From: Candidatus Poribacteria bacterium
GTDB lineage: Bacteria > Poribacteria > WGA-4E > WGA-3G
Length of the DNA stretch: 64,000 bases
Direction of reading: 5' to 3'
Assembly: GCA_965208245.1 (NCBI GenBank)
Contig: OZ242325.1
Location: 1,493,878 to 1,557,877, forward strand
Below the pieces are notes generated by a model. The model did not search any database. It worked only from the letters and a program-made list of their open reading frames with translations, and had not been told where the DNA came from. Positions 19,420 to 29,272 of this stretch are shown one piece after another. The number at the start of each line of letters is the position of its first letter. The first letter of the stretch is position 1. The position numbers and the translations under genes are program-made.

Positions 19420-20742
19420 GGAATTAGTCGTTTTGGGATTAAACATTTTTTAATTTGACAGTCAGTTTTCACCCATGTTATACTATCCATAAGCTCGTTG
19501 GCAGGACTGTTTGTGCAACGCACTTTGCGTTGCATCCTGCCACTACTTCAAACAGAGTACAAACGAGCCTACAAGTGATACCCTCGTTTAACATTTGTAT
19601 CGTTTTAGATGTTCTGACTTAGTCGTTTTGGGATATTCATCTTATACTATCATTGACAAACTTATTGAAAATGTCAATGTTCCTATAGTTATACTTGTAG
19701 CACGCCTCTGCGAGATACAGTGGCGTGTATTCTGTTGAGTAGTGGTGGTGTGTTCCATACCATGCACGCTTGATGAAAGACCAGAATCCTTCAATCGTAT
19801 TGGTATGCATGCCACCTTTCTCCCACTTTTTACTTCGGTTCAACGTCTCGTGTTCCATCTCCTTACCGATGGTATTGTATCCTGTAAACTGGTCGGTATA
19901 GAGTTTGGAATTCTCTGTATCTACGTTATCACGGATGAAGTTAGCAATCGTTTCTCCAGTGATATCAGGCACCAATTGAGCAATTACATGTCCAGTTCTT
20001 GAAACTGCACCGATAACAGCGTCTTTCATTGTTCCGCGACCACGCTTGCGAGGTTCATCTACTGTTCTGTCATAGTCTTTCTTGTCTCTACCACCGACAT
20101 AAGTTTCATCAGCTTCAACGATTCCCGACAAAAGAGAAGACTTCTTTGCCATTTCAGTTCGTATCTTCATCATTATAGACCAAGCAGCCTTTTGTTTCAA
20201 TCCTAAATCTCTCGCCAACTGACAAGATGAGATACCTTTCTTTGCGTTTGCCATCAATGAGATCGCTAAAAACCACTTTTGTAGCGGTATTTTTGTTCCA
20301 GCAAAGAGTGTCCCGCTGGTAACCTTGAATGATGCACCACAATCAGAACAATGCCACCGTCCTATTCTACCTATGCCGTTCTCTTTTTTGCGTTTCAGGT
20401 TCGGACCCTCACATTTCGGACAACGGGGTTTATCACCCCAACGTATTCCCTCAAGATGTTCAATACACGCCTCTCGTGTAGGGTATCGCTCCATAATTTC
20501 AACTAAATTCATCAGGTACTCCTCTTTAGGAGTTGATTTTTCTGATGAATTTCTGATACAATAATCAAATAAACCGAACATCAGAAAAAACAACTCGTCT
20601 TTTCTTGTTCATTTAGGGGGTTCATAACCCCCTAATACTTATCTATATATTGTATCATGAATTAGCAATTAAAACAAGCGATAAATTCAGCCTAAATCTA
20701 TGTTTATAGCGATTTTACTTAATCCCAAAACGACTAATTCCG
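19420..20742 (-). mobile_element. IS1595-family (ISXO2-like) insertion sequence with perfect 24-bp terminal inverted repeats
   Basis: CGGAATTAGTCGTTTTGGGATTAA at 19420-19443 and its exact reverse complement at 20719-20742. Transposase CDS 19637..20593. An extra same-orientation IR copy sits at about 19616-19636. Confidence 0.85.
19637..20593 (-). CDS. IS1595/ISXO2-like transposase (N-terminal zinc ribbon plus DDE)
   Basis: CIEHLEGIRWGDKPRCPKCEG...WHCSDCGASFKVTSGTLFAGTKIPLQKWFLAISLM. Confidence 0.85.
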   Translation of the reverse strand: MFFLMFGLFDYCIRNSSEKSTPKEEYLMNLVEIMERYPTREACIEHLEGIRWGDKPRCPKCEGPNLKRKKENGIGRIGRWHCSDCGASFKVTSGTLFAGTKIPLQKWFLAISLMANAKKGISSCQLARDLGLKQKAAWSIMMKIRTEMAKKSSLLSGIVEADETYVGGRDKKDYDRTVDEPRKRGRGTMKDAVIGAVSRTGHVIAQLVPDITGETIANFIRDNVDTENSKLYTDQFTGYNTIGKEMEHETLNRSKKWEKGGMHTNTIEGFWSFIKRAWYGTHHHYSTEYTPLYLAEACYKYNYRNIDIFNKFVNDSIR

Positions 20743-20813
20743 AATTAATTTCACAATTTTATTTAATTCTCGGTATATATCTCTTGCATCTTGCAATTTT
20801 GATATATGACAAC

Positions 20814-22667
20814 CTATTTCCACTTAAGTCCCCGTTTCTGATATAGGGATGGTCTAAAACGGGTATACTTATGTGCGTCTTTCTCATAGATAAATGAAAG
20901 AACATCTAAGATTTCAGTACGTGTTATGTTCTTTCGGTTTACCTTCTTACTGAAATCCTGCTCAACATAGTCAAGCGTCTTTTCTGGGTGTATACGTTTT
21001 TCTGCTAATTCAGTTATATGATAGAGTGTCGGTATATAGTCACTCTGAAGACGATATGCTTGTTCTAATGAATTTGTTGCCTTGTTAAATCTTCCTATTT
21101 TGCCGAGAGTCCATCCCAGTATATCGTGGGATGAAGCAACAAAGGGATTTTGTATGACCGATGCATACGCCAAACCCAATGACAGTTTAGGTTTCTGTTG
21201 GTATACATCAGAGTAGAGTTCAGCAAGATTACTGTATGCTTGAGACTCTTTTGGTACTATACCTATCGCTTTCACATAAGTGTCATGCGCCTTATCAAAT
21301 TCTCCTAAACGTTTATAACACATTCCGAGCGCGTTGAATGTCTTGTAGTCAGAGGATTTTTGTTCATCTTCTCCAATACTACCTGATGAAAAAGATGCCT
21401 CAGCAACAAAGAGTTGATACGGTTGTATCTCTCGAGCTGATAAGTAATACTCATAAGATTCAATTGCATGTGCATACTGTTTCTCCTGAAAATACACATC
21501 TCCTAAGTATTTGTATAACTTCGGATCAATGTCCTTTACCCCTACTACAAAACCGAGTTCTTCTATCGCCTTGCGGTAGTCCCCTTGTTGAATGTATAGA
21601 TTTCCAGCTGCAAGATAGTCTTCCGGATTCTTGAGATATGTCAATTCCAAATTAGGAGCATAAGGGGAACGGGGCATTCTCTGGACCTGGGAATACACAA
21701 GGGCGACAGTTGCACCTATGAGTAGACTGAGCAGTACAAGGTATAACCGACTACGCGATAACCAACGTTTTGATAGATACATGTTAGGTCTTAGCACCAG
21801 CGCGTAGAAACTCGGTCTATGACTGCTATCTTCCTGATTGTAGACAACGACAGATGTATTTGGAACAAGCACGGGTAGAATAGGTGTGGTTGTAGTTCTA
21901 CTCGTTTGTTCTATAGTTGGTTCATCATCTGCCTCAATATATTCATCTGAATCAGAAGGTGTTGATTCTACCTCTTCCGTTTCAAGTTCTGAACCTGTTT
22001 CTTGTGTAATTTTCTTTCTATCTTCTAATTCTGTAGTCGCAATCGATTCATCATCTGGTACGTTTTCTTCTTCAATTTTATTAGACGGTTCAGGTAGACT
22101 CTCATCAGTTGTATCAGAATCGGACGTAGTTTGAAGCCTATCGTTTTCATCTGAACTATCAGTAACTTCAATCTCGTCAGAACACAAGTTAGGAGTTTGC
22201 TCAGAATCTATCTCAGTTTCTGTCCCTTGATATGATTGGTTATTTTCTTCGTCTGTCTCAGCTACACTGTTATCAGGATGTCGTCTGTATATTAGGTCTA
22301 TACTTTTCTGGATTTCTCTTCGGGTCAGTGGGGATAATTCCGATGCTAACAACGTCTCCAGGGCTGGCAGTGCAGCTAAGGTCCCAATGTTTCCAAGTGC
22401 ATCAATGAGACTCCAACGGGTCAGATCGCTGTCCTCTTTTCTCAATGCATCTTCAAGTGCAGGTGCGGCTTGAGTATAGTTAGAGTGTTGCAGCACATTT
22501 GCTACCTCTCTTCTCACCCCTGGGGCAGGATCAGATAACGCATCTATTAGGGATCGATATGCATCTTCTGTTCCAATGTCTGCAATTTCAACAACTACGG
22601 CTCTGCGGGTGGCAATGGGTTGAGAGGTGTCTTGAATGAGTTGTGTAAGTTTTTCAAGTGTTGCCAT
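20814..22667 (-). CDS. HEAT-repeat / acidic low-complexity linker / TM / TPR-repeat protein
   Basis: PBS-lyase-type HEAT repeats at the N-terminus, a D/E/T/S-rich region, one TM, TPR-like repeats at the C-terminus. Confidence 0.6.
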   Translation of the reverse strand: MATLEKLTQLIQDTSQPIATRRAVVVEIADIGTEDAYRSLIDALSDPAPGVRREVANVLQHSNYTQAAPALEDALRKEDSDLTRWSLIDALGNIGTLAALPALETLLASELSPLTRREIQKSIDLIYRRHPDNSVAETDEENNQSYQGTETEIDSEQTPNLCSDEIEVTDSSDENDRLQTTSDSDTTDESLPEPSNKIEEENVPDDESIATTELEDRKKITQETGSELETEEVESTPSDSDEYIEADDEPTIEQTSRTTTTPILPVLVPNTSVVVYNQEDSSHRPSFYALVLRPNMYLSKRWLSRSRLYLVLLSLLIGATVALVYSQVQRMPRSPYAPNLELTYLKNPEDYLAAGNLYIQQGDYRKAIEELGFVVGVKDIDPKLYKYLGDVYFQEKQYAHAIESYEYYLSAREIQPYQLFVAEASFSSGSIGEDEQKSSDYKTFNALGMCYKRLGEFDKAHDTYVKAIGIVPKESQAYSNLAELYSDVYQQKPKLSLGLAYASVIQNPFVASSHDILGWTLGKIGRFNKATNSLEQAYRLQSDYIPTLYHITELAEKRIHPEKTLDYVEQDFSKKVNRKNITRTEILDVLSFIYEKDAHKYTRFRPSLYQKRGLKWK

Positions 22668-22740
22668 TGTTAAGAATTTCTGTCAGAACTTACGCAAAAG
22701 ATTGGATTTCACAACAAATTGAACTTATAGTGAACATTAG

Positions 22741-22800
22741 CATTAATGAAACATTTCACAACGGGCGAGGTGACCTCGCCCCTACGCTGGGGATGCTTCA
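22741..22800. repeat. REP-like hairpin element (single unit, same family as 7286-7428)
   Basis: ATTAATGAAACATTTCACAACGGGCGAGGTGACCTCGCCCCTACGCTGGGG. Confidence 0.75.
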
Positions 22801-23221
22801 TCATCTGTGTATAGGGTGCAATGTCTCATTCATTTGTCACTTTACTATATTTGGCAAAGAACGGGCAATAAATGGTTGCCCTTGGTGAATGCGCGTTTGG
22901 CATTCACATTAAACGCTCGAACGTCTGATAACGAGCAAAATGCGTAAGTCCTGTCTGTATCAAGTGTTGCCATTGTTAAGAATTTCTGTATATTGTAACA
23001 CATTTGTGCTAGTTAACGAACTGTTGTCAATGAACCAGAAACTCCTTCCGCGTTTTCCGTGTTCTCTGTACTCTCCGCGATTCTGATAGGAAAGAGAGCA
23101 GAATAACACGATATTAAATTAATCCTCATACTAGACTAATATGTAAGTCCTTATATAGACGACTTACCGATAATAAAAACGTGATATGGTAGGATTTGAT
23201 ACAAACTAAAGCAGATGAAAT

Positions 23222-23265
23222 GTATAAAAACAAAGAGACCAACCTATATGAGATAGGTCGGTCTC
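23222..23265 (-). terminator. Rho-independent terminator after tRNA-Glu
   Basis: On the minus strand: GAGACCGACCTAT-CTCAT-ATAGGTTGGTCTC followed by TTTGTTTTTAT. Confidence 0.6.
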
Positions 23266-23279
23266 GTCGGGTGAGTTAA

Positions 23280-23354
23280 TACCCCCGACGAGATTTGAAC
23301 TCGTGTCGCCGCCGTGAAAGGGCGGTGTCCTTGGCCAGGCTAGACGACGGGGGC
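23280..23354 (-). tRNA. tRNA-Glu (anticodon UUC)
   Basis: Hand-folded cloverleaf GCCCCCG acceptor stem, anticodon loop CTTTCAC, T-arm GAGTTCAAATCTC. Confidence 0.85.
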
Positions 23355-23365
23355 TTATAGATCTA

Positions 23366-23438
23366 TGAGCCGTACAGGAGTCGAACCTGTGACCGCCTGA
23401 TTAAAAGTCAGATGCTCTACCAACTGAGCTAACGGCTC
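23366..23438 (-). tRNA. tRNA-Lys (anticodon UUU)
   Basis: GAGCCGTTAGCTCAGTTGGTAGAGC..CTGACTTTTAATCAG..GGTTCGACTCC, anticodon loop CTTTTAA. Confidence 0.85.
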
Positions 23439-23535
23439 AAATTCACAATATATTATATAGTCTCTTAGATAGAATGTCAAGTTAAAATGCAGAAAATTAG
23501 ATTTATTCTCTATAATCAGATGTTGTCTGGCGCAT

Positions 23536-24831
<1,296 letters not shown>

Positions 24832-24952
24832 TTAAAAGTTACAAGTCAGAGTCAGTTGCTACATAAAATAGAATCAACAAGTAGAAACTTCGTCAATAAA
24901 ATGGTCAATATAATAAGGAAAGTGAGGTTCGGCGTGTGCTTGGCTGCAAGGA

Positions 24953-25360
24953 CTAACGTTTGGAGAATTGGAATCTGGCTCGTGCACCCTTCTGTCCATA
25001 TTTCTTACGTTCTACCATCCGTGGGTCACGTGTTAAGAACCCACCTTTTTTAAGGGAAGGTTTTAATGATTCATCAGCTTTAACGAGTGCTCGTGCAAGA
25101 CCGTGTGAAATAGCACCTGCCTGACCCGTATTTCCACCGCCCCGTACATTCACATGAACAGCAAATTCCCCTATCCGTTCAACATGCTCTATAGGCCGTC
25201 GAGCTGCTTGGACATGGTCAGCTCGATCAAAATACTCGTCAATCGGTTTTTTGTTAACGATTATCCCAGCATCACTACCAGGGACAATCCTAACACGGGC
25301 AACAGATGTTTTCCTGCGACCTGTACCCCAATATTGTTCAATAGTCATATACTTCCTCAA
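24953..25360 (-). CDS. rpsI: 30S ribosomal protein S9
   Basis: C-terminus GGFLTRDPRMVERKKYGQKGARARFQFSKR. Confidence 0.95.
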   Translation of the reverse strand: MRKYMTIEQYWGTGRRKTSVARVRIVPGSDAGIIVNKKPIDEYFDRADHVQAARRPIEHVERIGEFAVHVNVRGGGNTGQAGAISHGLARALVKADESLKPSLKKGGFLTRDPRMVERKKYGQKGARARFQFSKR

Positions 25361-25363
25361 CAG

Positions 25364-25801
25364 TTAGAATGTTAAGACTTCTGGTTCTTGTGCTTGATGT
25401 GGATGGTTTGAACCTATGTATACTCTTAAACCCTTCATGAGTTTTGCTCCCAGACTGTTCTTCGGCACCATCCCTTTAACCGCAGCCGTAATAATAAACT
25501 CTGGACTTCGTTCCATCTGTTCGCTGTAAGTACGATACTTATCACCACCAGGATAACCACTATGTCGGAAATAGGTCTTTTGTTGAGCCTTATTCCCAGT
25601 AACAACAACCTTTTCAGCGTTAATCACAGCAACACGATACCCCAAATCTGCATGGGGTGTAAACATCGGATCATGCTTACCCCTTAATACTTGTGCTATT
25701 TTAGAAGCTAATCTACCAAGTACTTTACCATCAGCATCCACAAGATACCACTTTATCTGTTTGTCTGATTTTGGGAAGGGGGTTTTTGTTTTCAATACCA
25801 T
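25364..25801 (-). CDS. rplM: 50S ribosomal protein L13
   Basis: KWYLVDADGKVLGRLASKIAQVLRGKH. Confidence 0.95.
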   Translation of the reverse strand: MVLKTKTPFPKSDKQIKWYLVDADGKVLGRLASKIAQVLRGKHDPMFTPHADLGYRVAVINAEKVVVTGNKAQQKTYFRHSGYPGGDKYRTYSEQMERSPEFIITAAVKGMVPKNSLGAKLMKGLRVYIGSNHPHQAQEPEVLTF

Positions 25802-26376
25802 AATTCACAACCTTTAATACATAATTCTACAATCTATCAAGGATAATTTAAATAAAATAACACTACTATTATACTATAAACTGTGTGGATTGTCAAAATT
25901 ATTCTTTTGCTGGAGGTGTGTAAAGTTTTTTGTCACTTAACTGTGTTTTAATCGCGGATTATCAAGATCCAGACAAATCCAACGATTCAGTTTTCAGCAA
26001 TCAGTTGTCAGTAAACCCCCTCTATCCTTGCATTCATCTCTCCGCTCAACAAACTTAGGAACAAGAGCTGCATGATACTTTAGTGAGAAAAACTCTAAAC
26101 ACCCCATTCTATACACCTTTCACACTGCTGGGACTTGGACTTCTTGGTATTCACACATTCTATACACACTCTACCGAAAATTTGTGGGTTTTGTATGCTC
26201 TACCCAAAGGATAAACTTAAGGATTTTTTTCATACAGAAAGTCTTTCAAGTCCCTATCGCTAAAAAATGCACAAAACTGATGAACAAACTAAAATTAAGA
26301 CTTGCAATAACACGGTTGCATGTTATAAAATATGTTAAAACAATAGGAATTAATCGTTCATCAACCAAATGATAAA

Positions 26377-27459
26377 ATGAAATCAGCACTTAAAAGACTC
26401 TTCACATTTGTATTCATCCTCCTAATTATCGGTTTCTTTTTCTGCGTCTATGTGATGCAAGCACCCCCCGTAGCGGAACCGGAAGAACCAAAATTGCAGG
26501 TGCATGTACGGACAGCGGTTCGCAAAAGACCTACCGTCAATTCAGGTCCGATTGGAACGACAAAAATTGATCATCAGTATAGTTTAGACCGCACACATCT
26601 GAGTAATTTAAACAACAGTATCTTATCAGGAGAGTTGTTGTTTAATGTCGTTTTAGGTGTTCGCGCAAAATACAACGCACCGCTATTAGATAAAGAAATC
26701 TCAACCGGTTTTGATTGGCAGAAGATGTTCGCGGAGTCAGCAGTCGGCATCCGCTTGAATTCCAAAACACCAAAAATCAAAGTTGTTCTGAGTGGGAAAA
26801 ATTGGATCCTTACAGATAGCACTGGAGCAGGATATCCAATTCAGAAGACCGGGGATCAACTTAACATCTATCTGCCCGATTTACTGGAAGCGTTTGCTCT
26901 CAACAGAATGATACTCTCAAATGATATTGAATTCTCTATTGTTGAACCCGGAAAAAAGTGGCTAATTACGGACAATGAATACCTACAAAGCTATGAAATT
27001 CGAAGTGACGCAAAGAAACTTGGTGTTTATAAACACCCAAAATATCCTATTCGAACACTCCTGTTTGAGGTAAATTCCGATGTACAGTTGCCATTACCTG
27101 ACGAAAAATTCCCCGATGAATTGTACAAAGGTTTTATTAGTTTGGATATACCGTTATCTTCAAAAACAAAAGTGATACAGGAAGAAGATGACGTTAGTTG
27201 GAAAATTACCGATGGAACCCAGAAATATACCATTCACCATGAAGATAGTCGCTTCAAGGTTTATCTTGACCTTGATAGCGGATGGCTACTCTTGAAACTC
27301 AATGACAGAATAAATGCATGGATACAGAGTGAACACGGAACAATTCTGATGCCACCCGAACCGACAATCACTTCTCGCCAACAACTCAAGATAGATATGC
27401 TTGCCTTTTTTGCGAAATTAAAGAATATGGTCGGTATATCCGATCAAAATGACCCCTAA
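26377..27459 (+). CDS. Hypothetical membrane-anchored protein
   Basis: N-terminal TM. A 4-bp gap to the downstream glycosyltransferase suggests an operon. Confidence 0.5.
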   Translation: MKSALKRLFTFVFILLIIGFFFCVYVMQAPPVAEPEEPKLQVHVRTAVRKRPTVNSGPIGTTKIDHQYSLDRTHLSNLNNSILSGELLFNVVLGVRAKYNAPLLDKEISTGFDWQKMFAESAVGIRLNSKTPKIKVVLSGKNWILTDSTGAGYPIQKTGDQLNIYLPDLLEAFALNRMILSNDIEFSIVEPGKKWLITDNEYLQSYEIRSDAKKLGVYKHPKYPIRTLLFEVNSDVQLPLPDEKFPDELYKGFISLDIPLSSKTKVIQEEDDVSWKITDGTQKYTIHHEDSRFKVYLDLDSGWLLLKLNDRINAWIQSEHGTILMPPEPTITSRQQLKIDMLAFFAKLKNMVGISDQNDP

Positions 27460-27462
27460 AAC

Positions 27463-28653
27463 ATGAGAATTCTCTTTCTATCTCCTAGCTTGCCGTTCCC
27501 CCTCACTGATGGTGGTCGCATCCGTGTTTTTAATCTCCTGAAACAGATTACTCAAAATAACGATGTAACACTCTTGGCATTAGAAACCCAACCGACTGAC
27601 AAAAACACCATTGCAGATGTTGAACAACTTGGTGTTAAAGTTCACCTTGTACAATATGCTTCAACACTACCACCGCTATCGCCAAAGACGTTCTTTTCTG
27701 CAGTTTTCAAAAGACAACCAATTACTGTCGCGCGTTACGATGTTCACGTATACCGAAGAAAGTTAAAAGAATTACTAGCTACAGAAACCTTTGACATCGT
27801 TCACTATGAGATGTTTCATACGGCACAGTTTCACACAGAAACAGAACTACCCGGTGTGCTTTCACTGCAGAACGTTGACTCCGCGATTTGGCACCGCTTA
27901 CAGAGTGAAACCGAGAATATCTTCTACAAATGTGCATATTGGAGTCAACAACGTGCATTTCAAAAGTATGAACGGATGTTAAGTGCCAAATTTGATGTTG
28001 TCACTTGCACTTCTGAAGTTGACGCTGCTGTTTTTGAACGTTATTGTGCAGAAGGCACCGTGAAAGTAATTCCCAACGGTGTTGATGTTACGCATTTCTC
28101 TCCAAACCACGCATCTGAAGCATCAGCACATCTTATCTACATCGGTAGTATGGATTGGTACCCGAATGAAGATGCTGTCTCATTTTTCGCTGAAGAAATA
28201 TTACCTCAGATACAAACGGATGTCTCGGATGTAAAATTTACTGTTGTTGGTGGAAATCCATCAGAACGGGTGCAAAGGTTGTCAAATATGGAAGGTGTTG
28301 TCGTGACAGGCCGTGTTCCTGAAATCAAACCTTACTTTGCAGAAGCCACGGTCTTTGTCGTGCCGCTACGTATCGGAAGTGGTACACGCCTAAAAATCCT
28401 TGAAGCCTTAGCGATGGGTAAAGCGGTTGTCTCAACCACTGTGGGTGCGGAGGGATTAGCACTACGGGATGGCACGGAAATTCTCATCGCTGATGAGCCT
28501 GATGCCTTTGCTAATGCAGTAACCCGATTGCTGACAAACCGAGCACTACGTCAAAAAATTGGAACGAACGGACGCGACCGAGTCGAACAAGATTACGATT
28601 GGCGTAGTATAGCAGAGAGACTTCACTCGGTTTATGAAACGCTGCTACAATGA
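27463..28653 (+). CDS. Glycosyltransferase family 4 (GT-B)
   Basis: C-terminal domain motif EALAMGKAVVSTTVGAEGLALRDGTEILIAD. Confidence 0.8.
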   Translation: MRILFLSPSLPFPLTDGGRIRVFNLLKQITQNNDVTLLALETQPTDKNTIADVEQLGVKVHLVQYASTLPPLSPKTFFSAVFKRQPITVARYDVHVYRRKLKELLATETFDIVHYEMFHTAQFHTETELPGVLSLQNVDSAIWHRLQSETENIFYKCAYWSQQRAFQKYERMLSAKFDVVTCTSEVDAAVFERYCAEGTVKVIPNGVDVTHFSPNHASEASAHLIYIGSMDWYPNEDAVSFFAEEILPQIQTDVSDVKFTVVGGNPSERVQRLSNMEGVVVTGRVPEIKPYFAEATVFVVPLRIGSGTRLKILEALAMGKAVVSTTVGAEGLALRDGTEILIADEPDAFANAVTRLLTNRALRQKIGTNGRDRVEQDYDWRSIAERLHSVYETLLQ

Positions 28654-28685
28654 CTAAGTAGACTGCCCGATCTACAATATAGTCC

Positions 28686-28715
28686 TTGACACTAACATCA
28701 AGAATGCTGTATAAT
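28686..28715 (+). promoter_or_regulatory. Sigma70-like promoter TTGACA-18-TATAAT upstream of nusB
   Basis: ttgaca ctaacatcaagaatgctg tataat. Confidence 0.5.
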
Positions 28716-28753
28716 ATAAGACATCATATAGCAATCAGAAACTTGGTAATCAG

Positions 28754-29173
28754 ATGGCTTCTCGTAGAAAATCTCGAATTATCGCGATGCAGATATTGTA
28801 CCAGATGCAACTTAATGAGGAACCCGTAAAAACCATCACAAACAAGTTTTGGGTGAGTCAGGACATCTCGTTTGACTTACGACCTTTTGCAATGGAACTT
28901 GTTGAAGGCACAGCCGAAAATCTTGAAACGATTGATGCGGAACTTCAAACCACATCCAAAAATTGGAAACTCCATAGAATGCCTATTGTAGACCTTTCTA
29001 TTCTCCGAATTGCAACCTATGAAATCCTCTTTGTCAATGATATTGATGCAGCCACGTCTATTAACGAAGCAGTTGAGATTGCCAAGTCATATAGCACACC
29101 TAAATCCCCAAAATTCATCAACGGTATCCTTGATAACATTCGAAAAAGACATGAGAATATTCCTGCGGGATAA
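28754..29173 (+). CDS. nusB: Transcription antitermination factor NusB
   Basis: SRRKSRIIAMQILYQMQL, 139 aa. Confidence 0.85.
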   Translation: MASRRKSRIIAMQILYQMQLNEEPVKTITNKFWVSQDISFDLRPFAMELVEGTAENLETIDAELQTTSKNWKLHRMPIVDLSILRIATYEILFVNDIDAATSINEAVEIAKSYSTPKSPKFINGILDNIRKRHENIPAG

Positions 29174-29272
29174 TGCCACTATAGTGAAGACTAAAAATAT
29201 CACGGTATTTCTTGGAACAACGGGCAATGAATTGCCCTACTACAAACAGAACCTAATCACCCCTTGTAAAGA

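Noticed and set aside
22655-22990. 29-bp direct repeats as a transposon target-site duplication
   Set aside because: Far too long for a typical TSD, and the enclosed segment has no terminal inverted repeats of its own. Kept only as an unexplained duplication.
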